Shown one piece after another: positions 1-8,365 of a DNA stretch of 43,019 nucleotides. Both the position numbers and the translations under genes were made by a program. Source of the DNA: a virus (taxonomy: Duplodnaviria; Caudoviricetes); the IMG/VR virus record IMGVR_UViG_3300049893_001226, positions 1 through 43,019 of that record. One strand, written 5' to 3'. Position 1 is the stretch's first letter. Every line of letters starts with the position of its first letter. Under the pieces are notes generated by a model. That model saw only the letters and a list, made by a program, of their open reading frames with translations. It was not told the origin of the DNA and did no database searches.

Positions 1-168
1 ATCACTAAATTTGACATTTGGGTCGTCCTTTTCCTTCTTTAGCAATTTCGCTAAAGTATCACCTTTATTTTCACTGCCCTTTTCGGGTTGAGCGACTGGT
101 GAAGAGTTTTCCACTTCAAGAGGTTGGGCTGTGGCCGTCTCCATTGGTGCTGTTGCTGTTGCTTCCAT
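1..168 (-). CDS. Scaffold protein N-terminus (partial, variant copy of 40729-41949)
   Basis: Translates MEATATAPMETATAQPLEVENSSPVAQPEKGSENKGDTLAKLLKK..., runs off the window edge. Confidence 0.85.
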   Translation of the reverse strand, partial: MEATATAPMETATAQPLEVENSSPVAQPEKGSENKGDTLAKLLKKEKDDPNVKFSD

Positions 169-1238
169 TATTTTCCGCCTTTTACGGTTGGGAGTGTTGT
201 TTCAGAGGTAGGCATTATGCCATCTCCAAAGCCATAGGTTGGGCAGTTAATGGTCCTGTCGTGGCCTGTGCCTCATTCGAGGCAATTTCTTGTGTCTTAG
301 CCATTTGGTCAAGTTGTTTGCCTTGCATGTCCATCTCTTGGCCTTGTAGGGCCATTTGTTGTTCTTGTTGCTGGGCTTGCTGTTCTTGTGCCTTGGCTTG
401 TTTAATAATCGTGCTGTGCTCTTCCATCAAGTCTTTCATTTCTTGTGGGGCATCGGTAAGATGTAAAAGGTACTGTGTTAAGAAAGTGGCAAGTACTGGG
501 TCTTGCTGTACTGACGCACCTTGGAGTAGTTCGGAAATCTGTTTTCTTACTTTATCCCGTACGGTTGGGGACTTCCAAGAATCCTCGAAAGTAATATCGT
601 AATAGTCGCCATCCTCAAAAGTGTTTTCTTGTCTATGGTTTCCAAATTCATCCTGTACGATTTTGTTAATCTCAATCCATTGTGGGCTGTTTTTGTCTTT
701 TTGCTCTAAAACTCTGATTACTTCGTTTGCAGTCCAATATTTCTGCCAATAGGCTTTCCAAAGTTTCGCTCTGGTAATAAGAAAGTTCATGTAATTAGTG
801 ATGAAAACTTGGCTTTGTACTGAGCTTTGTTGAATCCGTTGCTCGTTTAATATCCCTGAGGTAGCGCCTTCTGAAAGTCCCTGCATTGAGGGGGGGGTGC
901 TTGAGGTTTCTTGCCTGAAAGAGTTTGCAAAGTTTATTAAGGTGTCTGCATCAATTGAGCTTCGACCTTGTTCAATTAATTCAACACCGCTTCCTTGTGG
1001 GGCACCTTTTCTCTTTTTGAAAGATCGGCCACCGTCAGCATGGTTATTTATTACATCGTCGATTTCTGTCTCGTCAAAATGATCTCGACTTACTACATGG
1101 CTCTGTCCTGCGCTTGTCTTGGCTTGGTGTAGTTTGTTGACAAGTAGTGAATTAGTTAAGCGTAAACTGTCAATTTGGTGCTCTACATGCCCGCTTGGTT
1201 CGCCGTTTAAGTCCTCATCGACCAATTCAACCAAAGGA
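1..1238. repeat. Terminal redundancy copy 1 (imperfect direct repeat of 41782-43019)
   Basis: Colinear with 41782-43019 without visible gaps; many substitutions, last ~105 nt identical; implies a unit genome of 41,781 bp. Confidence 0.95.
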
Positions 1239-2212
1239 AACATTATCTTCTTTGTGGCTGGGTCTCTTAGTTGGCAGTGGTATTCACCATTAAAAAGAAA
1301 TTCCCCTGAAAGTTGGGGGCATGCTATGGCAAGGTAAAGGTACTCTTCAGCCTCTGCGTTAAGTTGCATTGCTGGGTAGTCTTCTTTGATTGCTTCTCGT
1401 TCTTTATACTGTAGATCGTAGCCTAATTGGGTTTCTTCGCCATTGGTTACGCCATACCAGCGTTTCTTTTTAACTCGGTAGAATCTTTCAATTACCTTGT
1501 AGCGTCCGTTCCTGTAGTTTTCGCTCTCATGGGTTCTGTCTGCATAAATCTTAGTGTCTTGGTAGTCGCTTGTTTCATCACCTTTGTCCAATAATCCTAG
1601 GACCATAGCTTCTTTGTCTGGGAAAGCGTCGGCTATTTGGTTAGCCGTTAACCATGATACACGGTCGATAAATTCGCAATCTGAATTAGTGACTAGATCT
1701 TTTCTGTTGGGGTCTGGATAGATTGCGTAGTTGTTTTGATTTTTTACTACAATTCGAGGCTTGCGTCCAGGTGTTATAATAATATAGGATTCTTGCCAAG
1801 CGTTACCGCCTGCCCATGCTGACCTTATTAATCCAGGGTCGTAATACTTGACCCTAGTTTGATCGGCTGTCAGGTGGTACATTGCCGTATAAATGTCGGA
1901 TTTATTCTGATCTAAGGGCTCTGTGGGGGCTGGCTTAATATCATATCTGTTTTGAATTAAAGCACCAACAAAGGTTCTCTCTGAGGGTTTTAAATAGTTA
2001 AAGGTTACTAAGGCCTTATGTTTTGATTCTGCTGTTTGCTGTTCTTCCTCTGTCCAGTGATTACCCCTAACAAAATCGTCGCACCTTTCCCTTTTCTCCA
2101 TGTAAGGAGTCCAAAAACGCACAACATCGTCGTGAGAGTCGATTAATTGGGTAGCATCTTTGCAATTATGTAAAGAATCTGGGGAATAGAGGGGGCTTTT
2201 AGTATTATCCAC
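215..2212 (-). CDS. Portal protein (P22-like)
   Basis: 665 aa, GTG start; G.HW motif, TFNYLKP, EGATSG..NEQR.QQS, Gln-rich helical C-terminus; lies between TerL and scaffold/capsid. Confidence 0.88.
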   Translation of the reverse strand: MDNTKSPLYSPDSLHNCKDATQLIDSHDDVVRFWTPYMEKRERCDDFVRGNHWTEEEQQTAESKHKALVTFNYLKPSERTFVGALIQNRYDIKPAPTEPLDQNKSDIYTAMYHLTADQTRVKYYDPGLIRSAWAGGNAWQESYIIITPGRKPRIVVKNQNNYAIYPDPNRKDLVTNSDCEFIDRVSWLTANQIADAFPDKEAMVLGLLDKGDETSDYQDTKIYADRTHESENYRNGRYKVIERFYRVKKKRWYGVTNGEETQLGYDLQYKEREAIKEDYPAMQLNAEAEEYLYLAIACPQLSGEFLFNGEYHCQLRDPATKKIMFPLVELVDEDLNGEPSGHVEHQIDSLRLTNSLLVNKLHQAKTSAGQSHVVSRDHFDETEIDDVINNHADGGRSFKKRKGAPQGSGVELIEQGRSSIDADTLINFANSFRQETSSTPPSMQGLSEGATSGILNEQRIQQSSVQSQVFITNYMNFLITRAKLWKAYWQKYWTANEVIRVLEQKDKNSPQWIEINKIVQDEFGNHRQENTFEDGDYYDITFEDSWKSPTVRDKVRKQISELLQGASVQQDPVLATFLTQYLLHLTDAPQEMKDLMEEHSTIIKQAKAQEQQAQQQEQQMALQGQEMDMQGKQLDQMAKTQEIASNEAQATTGPLTAQPMALEMA

Positions 2213-2262
2213 CCCCCCAAGTTATATCAAATTAACTCAATATGATATAGTCAACTTTAGCA

Positions 2263-2475
2263 TTAATTTGAAAATAGCTCTGGCCAAATAGTGTTTAAGC
2301 TCTCCCTTGACCTATTATCAGGTAGCGCTCTAGGTGGGTCAGCTTCCCAGTTTCGGTAGGTTGACATGCTAACCCCAAACAATCTACTCGCCTTCTCTTG
2401 GCTTAAAGGTCTGCCTAGTTGGTCGGTTTTACTTGCTCTTACTGATCTTAGTTTTTCACTGAAAGTTAGGCTCAT
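2263..2475 (-). CDS. Cro/CI-type (XRE) helix-turn-helix protein
   Basis: 70 aa, LSQEKASRLFGVSMSTYRNWE motif. Confidence 0.8.
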   Translation of the reverse strand: MSLTFSEKLRSVRASKTDQLGRPLSQEKASRLFGVSMSTYRNWEADPPRALPDNRSRESLNTIWPELFSN

Positions 2476-4201
2476 ACATTAACCTTTCTTCGCTTGCTTT
2501 GCGAAAGCTGTGCATATTTGTCCCGTAGGGGTCTGTAATCGTGCCATAGGACAGATATTTCTCATAGAGTTCTTTTGCCTTTTCGTACTTGTTTTGGAAG
2601 TAGTAATATTCTGCTAATAAAAAGGTAGCGTCTGGTTTGTTGTTGTCAAATAGATAATCGTCTACATCGTGTTTCCAAAACTCTACCCCAGCCCATTGAT
2701 AGTGGGCTAACGCTATTGAGTATTTAATATGGTCGGCCTCCATGCCATCGGCAAGTTCCAAAGCTTTTTCATAATAGTCTAGTGCTGGCTCAAAATTCTC
2801 TTGGCTGTGGTATTCCTTCCCAAGCTGGTAAAACTTATTGCCTGAATCTTCCTCCAACTCAAGTAATCTTATATTCCTATCGCTTTTCTGTTTGTTTGCC
2901 TTTGGGTCACTATATCCAGTGTGTTCAATTTCTACACCGTCGGCTAAAACATAGGTAAGCCCTAATTCATTGGCTGTTTTTATGTAGTTTTCATGTACTC
3001 GGTTTTCCCACTTCAACCCATCAACTCTAGGAAATAATCTAGGCTGTTCCGCTGTGAATGTAGTCCCGTGGCCATGGTCTACTATCTTAAAACCAAAGTG
3101 ACATTTTTTCTTTGCTGTTAGTGGCCCTGGCTTGTCTATGATTGCCCTAATTAGCTCTCCCATGCCCTCGGGTATCTTATCATCGTCGTCTACCCATAAA
3201 ACCCAGTCACCAGTACATTTAGATAGAGAAAAGTTTCTAGCTTCTGCAAAGGAATCATTCCAAGGGGAGTGGTGTATTTTTATTCCTGTAAAATTTAATT
3301 CTAAGCTTTGTTGCTGTGTTGTTACGATTACTATTTCATCTGCAAATTTTAAACTTCGGCATAAATCCATTAACTTTTCGCTAATATCCCTTACAATCAT
3401 GCTAACACTTAATTTCACTGGCTTAATCGGTTGGGTGTTAATCATATCAAAACCCCACAAATCCACGGCTTCGGGTGGGTTGCCGTCAAACATCTTCATT
3501 AACTTTTCGATGTAGATATTTTCAGTTTGCTTAATTAACCTCTCACTATCGGGATTTTGTTTAAAGCTCTCGTGTCCATAGTGGTAAACATAAACGCCCG
3601 TTGCTATTACCATTTTATAGCCCAATAGAGACAATTTTAGGGAGTAGTCTAGGTCATCACACCCCAAGAATAAATCATTATCAAAACCGCCCAATTCGGT
3701 AAATACCTTCTTTGGGGTCATTAAAAAGAAACCGATTAGCATTTGGCTTTCAAGGTATCGGCCACCCATTCCCCTTAGTGCCATCACTGCGTTTTTCTTA
3801 TAATTGTCATATTGTTGCATGTGATTGCCCGCATTTTGCAATCCTGCCACAAAATTGGATATAGGCCCCACGGCTCCGATTTTATCAGATACTTCTAATC
3901 CCTTGGTCATTTCCTCGCACCAAAATTCACTTACTATCGTGTCGGGGTTAACAAAGATCAGAATGTCCCCTTTGGCGTATGTTGCTCCATAGTTTGCCCC
4001 TCCTGAATATCCTAGGTTCTTTTCGGGAAAATAAACCGTACATCCATTTAGTTTGGTGTCCATCTCTCGGCTGTTATCAACTATGATAATCTCGTAAGTA
4101 GACTTAGGCGGGTGTTTTTGGATTGATTTAATACAAGCCTCCAACTTATCGAAAGCCTTGTAAGCAACTATGATTATTGAGTATTTCATACCTTTAAACA
4201 T
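2456..4201 (-). CDS. Glycosyltransferase: two GT2 domains plus TPR repeats
   Basis: YSIIIVAY..IIVDN..NLGYSGGANYG..FVNPDT..GGFD..DDLDYS; second domain LSVSMIVRD..WNDSFAEARN..WVDDDD..RVHE; TPR-like FYQLG/FLLAE. Confidence 0.9.
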   Translation of the reverse strand: MFKGMKYSIIIVAYKAFDKLEACIKSIQKHPPKSTYEIIIVDNSREMDTKLNGCTVYFPEKNLGYSGGANYGATYAKGDILIFVNPDTIVSEFWCEEMTKGLEVSDKIGAVGPISNFVAGLQNAGNHMQQYDNYKKNAVMALRGMGGRYLESQMLIGFFLMTPKKVFTELGGFDNDLFLGCDDLDYSLKLSLLGYKMVIATGVYVYHYGHESFKQNPDSERLIKQTENIYIEKLMKMFDGNPPEAVDLWGFDMINTQPIKPVKLSVSMIVRDISEKLMDLCRSLKFADEIVIVTTQQQSLELNFTGIKIHHSPWNDSFAEARNFSLSKCTGDWVLWVDDDDKIPEGMGELIRAIIDKPGPLTAKKKCHFGFKIVDHGHGTTFTAEQPRLFPRVDGLKWENRVHENYIKTANELGLTYVLADGVEIEHTGYSDPKANKQKSDRNIRLLELEEDSGNKFYQLGKEYHSQENFEPALDYYEKALELADGMEADHIKYSIALAHYQWAGVEFWKHDVDDYLFDNNKPDATFLLAEYYYFQNKYEKAKELYEKYLSYGTITDPYGTNMHSFRKASEERLMYEPNFQ

Positions 4202-4749
4202 CCTATTCCGTACTTGTCACTAATTTCATACAAAACCGTAAACTTGTCTTTTAGCATCTCCCAAAGCTCTAGGGGGCCTTGGCATTCTGCAATGTCGTGA
4301 AACCATACGATAGTTCCCTTTTTTAAATAGGGCTGTACAAGTGCCCAGTCTAAGCGTACACCGCAAGGGCTGTGATCTCCATCGATACCGATTAGGTCGA
4401 ATTTTACATTCAGGTCACTCAGAAAGTTTTCTGCTTCTTCGGAGTGGCTGTCTCCCAAAAACTCTTTGGTCTCTGGCATGTTTGGTTTGTTTAACTCTCT
4501 CCAAACATTTCTCCTGGGGTGTTTGTTTATGTCTATAGAATAGAACTTTTCAAACCTTATTTTATCGTAAATAAACCTCTCAGCACCACCGCTAGCAGTT
4601 CCTATGCTTAGATAGGTTTTTATTGGATACTCTTGGAGTGTTTTAACCAACCCAGCAAATTCCTTGGGGTCTTGTTGGATGTGGTAGCCTCCTACATTTG
4701 GGCCAAAAATGGCATCGTCAAGTCCAGCGTCGATGATTTCCTGGATCAT
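4186..4749 (-). CDS. Class I SAM-dependent methyltransferase (Methyltransf_24-like)
   Basis: YLSIGTASGG, GDSHS, FDLIGIDGDHS, LKKGTIVWFHDI. Confidence 0.85.
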   Translation of the reverse strand: MIQEIIDAGLDDAIFGPNVGGYHIQQDPKEFAGLVKTLQEYPIKTYLSIGTASGGAERFIYDKIRFEKFYSIDINKHPRRNVWRELNKPNMPETKEFLGDSHSEEAENFLSDLNVKFDLIGIDGDHSPCGVRLDWALVQPYLKKGTIVWFHDIAECQGPLELWEMLKDKFTVLYEISDKYGIGCLKV

Positions 4750-5318
4750 AATTTAATCATCCCGCACCATTTACCCTGGTACACCTTGCCGTATCGGTTC
4801 CTTAACTCGTTAAAAAGTTTTTTGTCCGCCTCATTGGTAAAATTAATCAGTACGCACCCCTTAGGATTGATCTTGCATATACCGTAATTAGGTTTGGCTC
4901 CCTCTCCAAAAGTCTCTTGGGGTTCTTTGCCTCCAAGTATAAACTTCCAAAGCTCGCTGGGTTCTAGGGCATAGCGTCGGGAATCAATTGAGATAATATC
5001 ATATGATCTTACTATCTCCCGTAGGAATTTCTTTTCCTTGGCCTTGTCGTTTTGTACATCCATTAGGTCGATGTGGTTAATGTTTGTTTTTTCTGATAGA
5101 AACCTATGCCCTCCAGTCTTTGCACTGTCCAAAGCTAGGTAACTCCTACAATCAAACTGCCTCACCAATGATATAATTGACGCAATTTCCTCTGGGGCAT
5201 ATTGGATATTATAGCCCTTGGTTCTGTCTTTATAGCCATTTGCTACTGTGATGTATTTCTTATAAAGCTCTGGCCGTTCGATTCCAGCCTCTATTGCTTG
5301 CTCGATTAAGCCCGCCAT
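4746..5318 (-). CDS. Degenerate methyltransferase-like paralog of 4186-4749
   Basis: GYNIQYAPEE vs GYHIQQDPKE, YLALDSAKTGG, YDIISIDS, INPKGCVLI; canonical DGDH motif lost. Confidence 0.55.
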   Translation of the reverse strand: MAGLIEQAIEAGIERPELYKKYITVANGYKDRTKGYNIQYAPEEIASIISLVRQFDCRSYLALDSAKTGGHRFLSEKTNINHIDLMDVQNDKAKEKKFLREIVRSYDIISIDSRRYALEPSELWKFILGGKEPQETFGEGAKPNYGICKINPKGCVLINFTNEADKKLFNELRNRYGKVYQGKWCGMIKL

Positions 5319-5776
5319 ATTACCTTTCCTTTCAGTTTAGGGTCTTCCCATACTATCCTGATTATTTTCTTTACCTTGCCCCACCTGTACAAATTGATTA
5401 TCGTACACTCAATATTTGGCACGCCGTCCACCTCTTCTAAGCTCCCTGCAATATTCCAGCTCCACCCAAACCACTTGAAAATGATTACTTTTTGGCTCCA
5501 CTGCACAATTTGATATAATAATGGTGCAATACCTTTAAGTTCTTCATCGACTCGCTGGCTTATTTTGGCTAGTCGGTACTGGTTTTCAATCTGTAATCTC
5601 TTTTGCTCATCCCGTTCTTTGGTTAGTTCCTTAACTGCCTTAAACCCGTTTGCTCTAGCCTTCTCTCGGTTCATTCCTGTCTGGATATGGCCTTGACTGG
5701 TAAGGTGAGGAATAAGCCCTTTCATTTCCTTCAGAAACTTCTGAGGGTTCGGGGCGTTCTTGGTTGGTTCCATCAT
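5306..5776 (-). CDS. Hypothetical protein
   Basis: 156 aa ORF overlapping the TerL stop (ATGA coupling). Confidence 0.65.
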   Translation of the reverse strand: MMEPTKNAPNPQKFLKEMKGLIPHLTSQGHIQTGMNREKARANGFKAVKELTKERDEQKRLQIENQYRLAKISQRVDEELKGIAPLLYQIVQWSQKVIIFKWFGWSWNIAGSLEEVDGVPNIECTIINLYRWGKVKKIIRIVWEDPKLKGKVIWRA

Positions 5777-7269
5777 AGTAAACCGCTTTTCTTGGTTGGG
5801 AGTGTTCTTTTTGTTAAATATCCGTAATCCATCATTTCCATAGATTTATTTTCTGGCAATTTCTTTTTATAAACCTCTGTACACCATGTCATCATTAAAG
5901 CGTCGGCACAATCTGGGGAACTTAAACCCCTCTTTTTCATGTCTGCTTTCTTTTCGACTTGGATTAAATTCTTATCGTTGTATCCGTATTCTGCACCTGT
6001 CAAATCTTGGATTAGTTCGTTATCGTTTGGAAGTTCAATGCCAGCTTTTATAGCTTCATTCATCTTACCCCACATTTCAGCACGCTTGTTAAAATAGAGG
6101 TTTTTATTACTTGGCTCGGCTCCTGCGTGTACTTCAAAAATCAAACTCTCATCAACCAACTGTTTTAATCGGTCAACTACTCCACCGCCCACCCCGTCAC
6201 CGTCCACAAAAATAATATCTGGTCTTTCCTCTTTTGTGTACCTCGCAACTATGCTTGCTGATGCCATCAAGTCCAGTCCACGCCACTTTTTAAGCAAAGT
6301 AACTTTACGGCCTTGTCTCTTTACCAAAACATTCTGGTCATCTCCAAATCGGGCTATATCTACACCTAGAATAATCGGAAAACTTTCAAATCCTTCCGCC
6401 TTATAGGTTAGGCACCTTTCTACATCTTCACTTGAAATAAACTGGTTGTTTCCTGCCCTTGGGAATACTCCCTTAACCCTCACTCGTACAAAGTCCGAAT
6501 CTTCCCCGTAATCCTCGACCCATTGGCTAATTTTCTCTTTATTAGTGATCTTGACCGTTCGGCTGTCTACTGTGGTTCCTCGCCACCTGTGGGCCTGTGA
6601 CCCAAAGCACTCCCTGAAACTTCCCGTGTTTTTTGTAGGGTTACCAAACACAAACCATAATATTTGGGTGTGCTGATCTGTTAGGGCTCCTTCGGTAACT
6701 TCCCAGATCTCCCTGGGAATAGCTGAAGCCTCATCAAAGACTACTAAGATTCTTTTACCCTCATTATGTAACCCAGCAAAAGCCTCGGTATTGTTTAGGC
6801 TCCAAGGTATCATGTCAGCCCGCCAAGTCTTTTCCCTGTCGGGTTCTACGCTAAAAAGGCTCGTGGCCGTGTACTTAAAAAGGTGTTTGGCGTACCAACA
6901 AAGCCTATACCATTTGGCTAGTTCGCTCCAAGTTTTGGTTTTTAGCTGGTTTTCGGTGTTTGCAGTGACTACAATTTTGGTATCTTCAAAGGTTGTAATT
7001 GCCCAAAGAATTATCCAACTTACAGTACAACTTTTCCCTATTCCGTGACCTGATTTAATAGCGTCCTGAATGATCTGGGATTCTTTGCCTAAGTTATTCC
7101 TTAGATCTTCGCCTAGTTCTTTTAAAAACTTGGTTTGCCATTCGTCTGGGCCATCTCTGCCTGTAAGTTCACCCTCACCCCACTTGAAAGAATACATTAC
7201 CCATTTATAGGGGTCGTTAGTCATTCTCCCCAGGTCACCAATGAGTTCTCGGAGTAGATTAGGCTCCAC
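5773..7269 (-). CDS. terL: Terminase large subunit
   Basis: Walker A SGHGIGKS, Walker B VVFDEAS, GNP coupling motif, nuclease GVDIARFGDD and SPDCADAL. Confidence 0.95.
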   Translation of the reverse strand: MEPNLLRELIGDLGRMTNDPYKWVMYSFKWGEGELTGRDGPDEWQTKFLKELGEDLRNNLGKESQIIQDAIKSGHGIGKSCTVSWIILWAITTFEDTKIVVTANTENQLKTKTWSELAKWYRLCWYAKHLFKYTATSLFSVEPDREKTWRADMIPWSLNNTEAFAGLHNEGKRILVVFDEASAIPREIWEVTEGALTDQHTQILWFVFGNPTKNTGSFRECFGSQAHRWRGTTVDSRTVKITNKEKISQWVEDYGEDSDFVRVRVKGVFPRAGNNQFISSEDVERCLTYKAEGFESFPIILGVDIARFGDDQNVLVKRQGRKVTLLKKWRGLDLMASASIVARYTKEERPDIIFVDGDGVGGGVVDRLKQLVDESLIFEVHAGAEPSNKNLYFNKRAEMWGKMNEAIKAGIELPNDNELIQDLTGAEYGYNDKNLIQVEKKADMKKRGLSSPDCADALMMTWCTEVYKKKLPENKSMEMMDYGYLTKRTLPTKKSGLL

Positions 7270-7666
7270 GTTCCCTAGCTTTGCTTAGTTCGCTTGAAAT
7301 CGAAACTGTCCCCTCGTGTTTTAGTCTCTCAACAAATAAGGCTTCTGCCTTGCCTAGTAGTTCACTGGCTTTTAGCTGGTCTTTAAAGTCTGCCTTTTCC
7401 TCTGCACCTCTTAGGGCATTTGTCCAAAACTCTTTTAGCTCGGTTATGTCGGCAATTCGTTTGTTTGAAGCTTGTTCTGATCGTTCTTTGATATAGTTTG
7501 CGATAATAACATTTGATAACAGCCTCGAAGATTGTTCTTGTGCTGTATCCTCGGAGTATCCCGCTTTTATTGCTGATTGAGTACCATTGAATGTTTGTAG
7601 ATAAAAATCACAAAACTTCTTTTGTTTTTCAGTCATTTTCTGCGGTTTATTATCAGATTTGGCCAT
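7259..7666 (-). CDS. terS: Terminase small subunit
   Basis: MTEKQKKFCDFYL..NGTQSAIKAGYS..A..SRLL, KASELLGK; start placed at ATG 7666. Confidence 0.92.
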   Translation of the reverse strand: MAKSDNKPQKMTEKQKKFCDFYLQTFNGTQSAIKAGYSEDTAQEQSSRLLSNVIIANYIKERSEQASNKRIADITELKEFWTNALRGAEEKADFKDQLKASELLGKAEALFVERLKHEGTVSISSELSKARERGA

Positions 7667-7678
7667 ATCGTTAAAGTT

Positions 7679-7707
7679 AATATAAGTTATTTTGCTTGAC
7701 AACGCAA
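7679..7707 (-). promoter_or_regulatory. Putative sigma70-type promoter for terS
   Basis: TTGCGT-17 nt-TATATT on the minus strand. Confidence 0.45.
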
Positions 7708-7803
7708 GTAACTAATTTAAAGTGCTACATACTGCCCATTTGTGCAGGTAAACACTCACAAAGTATATAAAAGTTAAGGTAATTGTGTAGATAATGCACT
7801 TTT

Positions 7804-8010
7804 TCACAGTTTTATCTTTTCTTTTGGTGTTGACCATTGGCCCACGCCCAAAAAGTTGATCCTAGATGTCATGTATTCTTTTCCTCCGTAGTCAAAGGTA
7901 AAAGCGCTTATCATGGCATTTTGTGCTAGGCTTGCGGTCTTCTCTTTCCACACTTCTTCCAGGGTGTAGATGTAGTTAGCTTCTAGGCTGAGTGGTAGTG
8001 GGTAGGTCAT
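7804..8010 (-). CDS. Hypothetical protein
   Basis: 68 aa ORF starting 1 nt after the stop of the 8012-8170 ORF. Confidence 0.55.
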   Translation of the reverse strand: MTYPLPLSLEANYIYTLEEVWKEKTASLAQNAMISAFTFDYGGKEYMTSRINFLGVGQWSTPKEKIKL

Positions 8011-8011
8011 C

Positions 8012-8170
8012 TTAGGCCACCACTTCCAAGGCTACAATTTCGCCTGTAAAAGTTTGTTTGATTTCGTAAAACTCCCCACTGAACCCTTCGATAGTGTCTA
8101 GTGTAGCATCTTTGCATGAGGTCGAGTCTTTAAAAACCCTTATTGATCCGTAGTCGAGTGTGTTAATCAT
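8012..8170 (-). CDS. Small hypothetical protein (52 aa, not in ORF track)
   Basis: MINTLDYGSIRVFKDSTSCKDATLDTIEGFSGEFYEIKQTFTGEIVALEVVA; AAAGGA RBS; strong promoter upstream. Confidence 0.6.
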   Translation of the reverse strand: MINTLDYGSIRVFKDSTSCKDATLDTIEGFSGEFYEIKQTFTGEIVALEVVA

Positions 8171-8183
8171 TTCATTGTCCTTT

Positions 8184-8228
8184 GTTAAGTGATAATCCTA
8201 ATCTACGATAAAAAGTCTTACACGTCAA
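8184..8228 (-). promoter_or_regulatory. Sigma70-type promoter with TTATCACTTAAC leader
   Basis: TTGACG-17-TAGATT followed by TTATCACTTAAC, the same 12-mer as at 13121-13132. Confidence 0.7.
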
Positions 8229-8365
8229 GCCCCAAACAAATCTTTTTTAATCTTTTTTTTCACAGTACTCCAAAACAGTGTACAACCCCTGCAAAAATGT
8301 TCATGCCTTTTGTTGTATCGGCTCATTGTTATTACTTCAGGGTGTCCGCATAGAGGGCAAATCAT
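8225..8365 (-). CDS. Small zinc-ribbon protein (46 aa, not in ORF track)
   Basis: MICPLCGHPEVITMSRYNKRHEHFCRGCTLFWST...; two CxxC; ATGA overlap with the helicase stop. Confidence 0.6.
   Translation of the reverse strand: MICPLCGHPEVITMSRYNKRHEHFCRGCTLFWSTVKKKIKKDLFGA

Noticed and set aside
18-602. Plus-strand Cys-rich 194 aa ORF and similar antisense ORFs (e.g. 9944-10450, 27270-27860, 42108-42383)
   Set aside because: These are shadow frames of well-supported minus-strand genes; the Cys runs mirror Gln codons.
1-1238. Diverged repeat as a diversity-generating retroelement TR/VR pair
   Set aside because: Differences are not adenine-specific, are mostly synonymous, span 1.2 kb, and no reverse transcriptase is present.
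2210-2218. G7 tract at the portal GTG start as a phase-variation switch
   Set aside because: It lies upstream of or at the start codon, so slippage would not shift the frame; more likely an RBS-like run.
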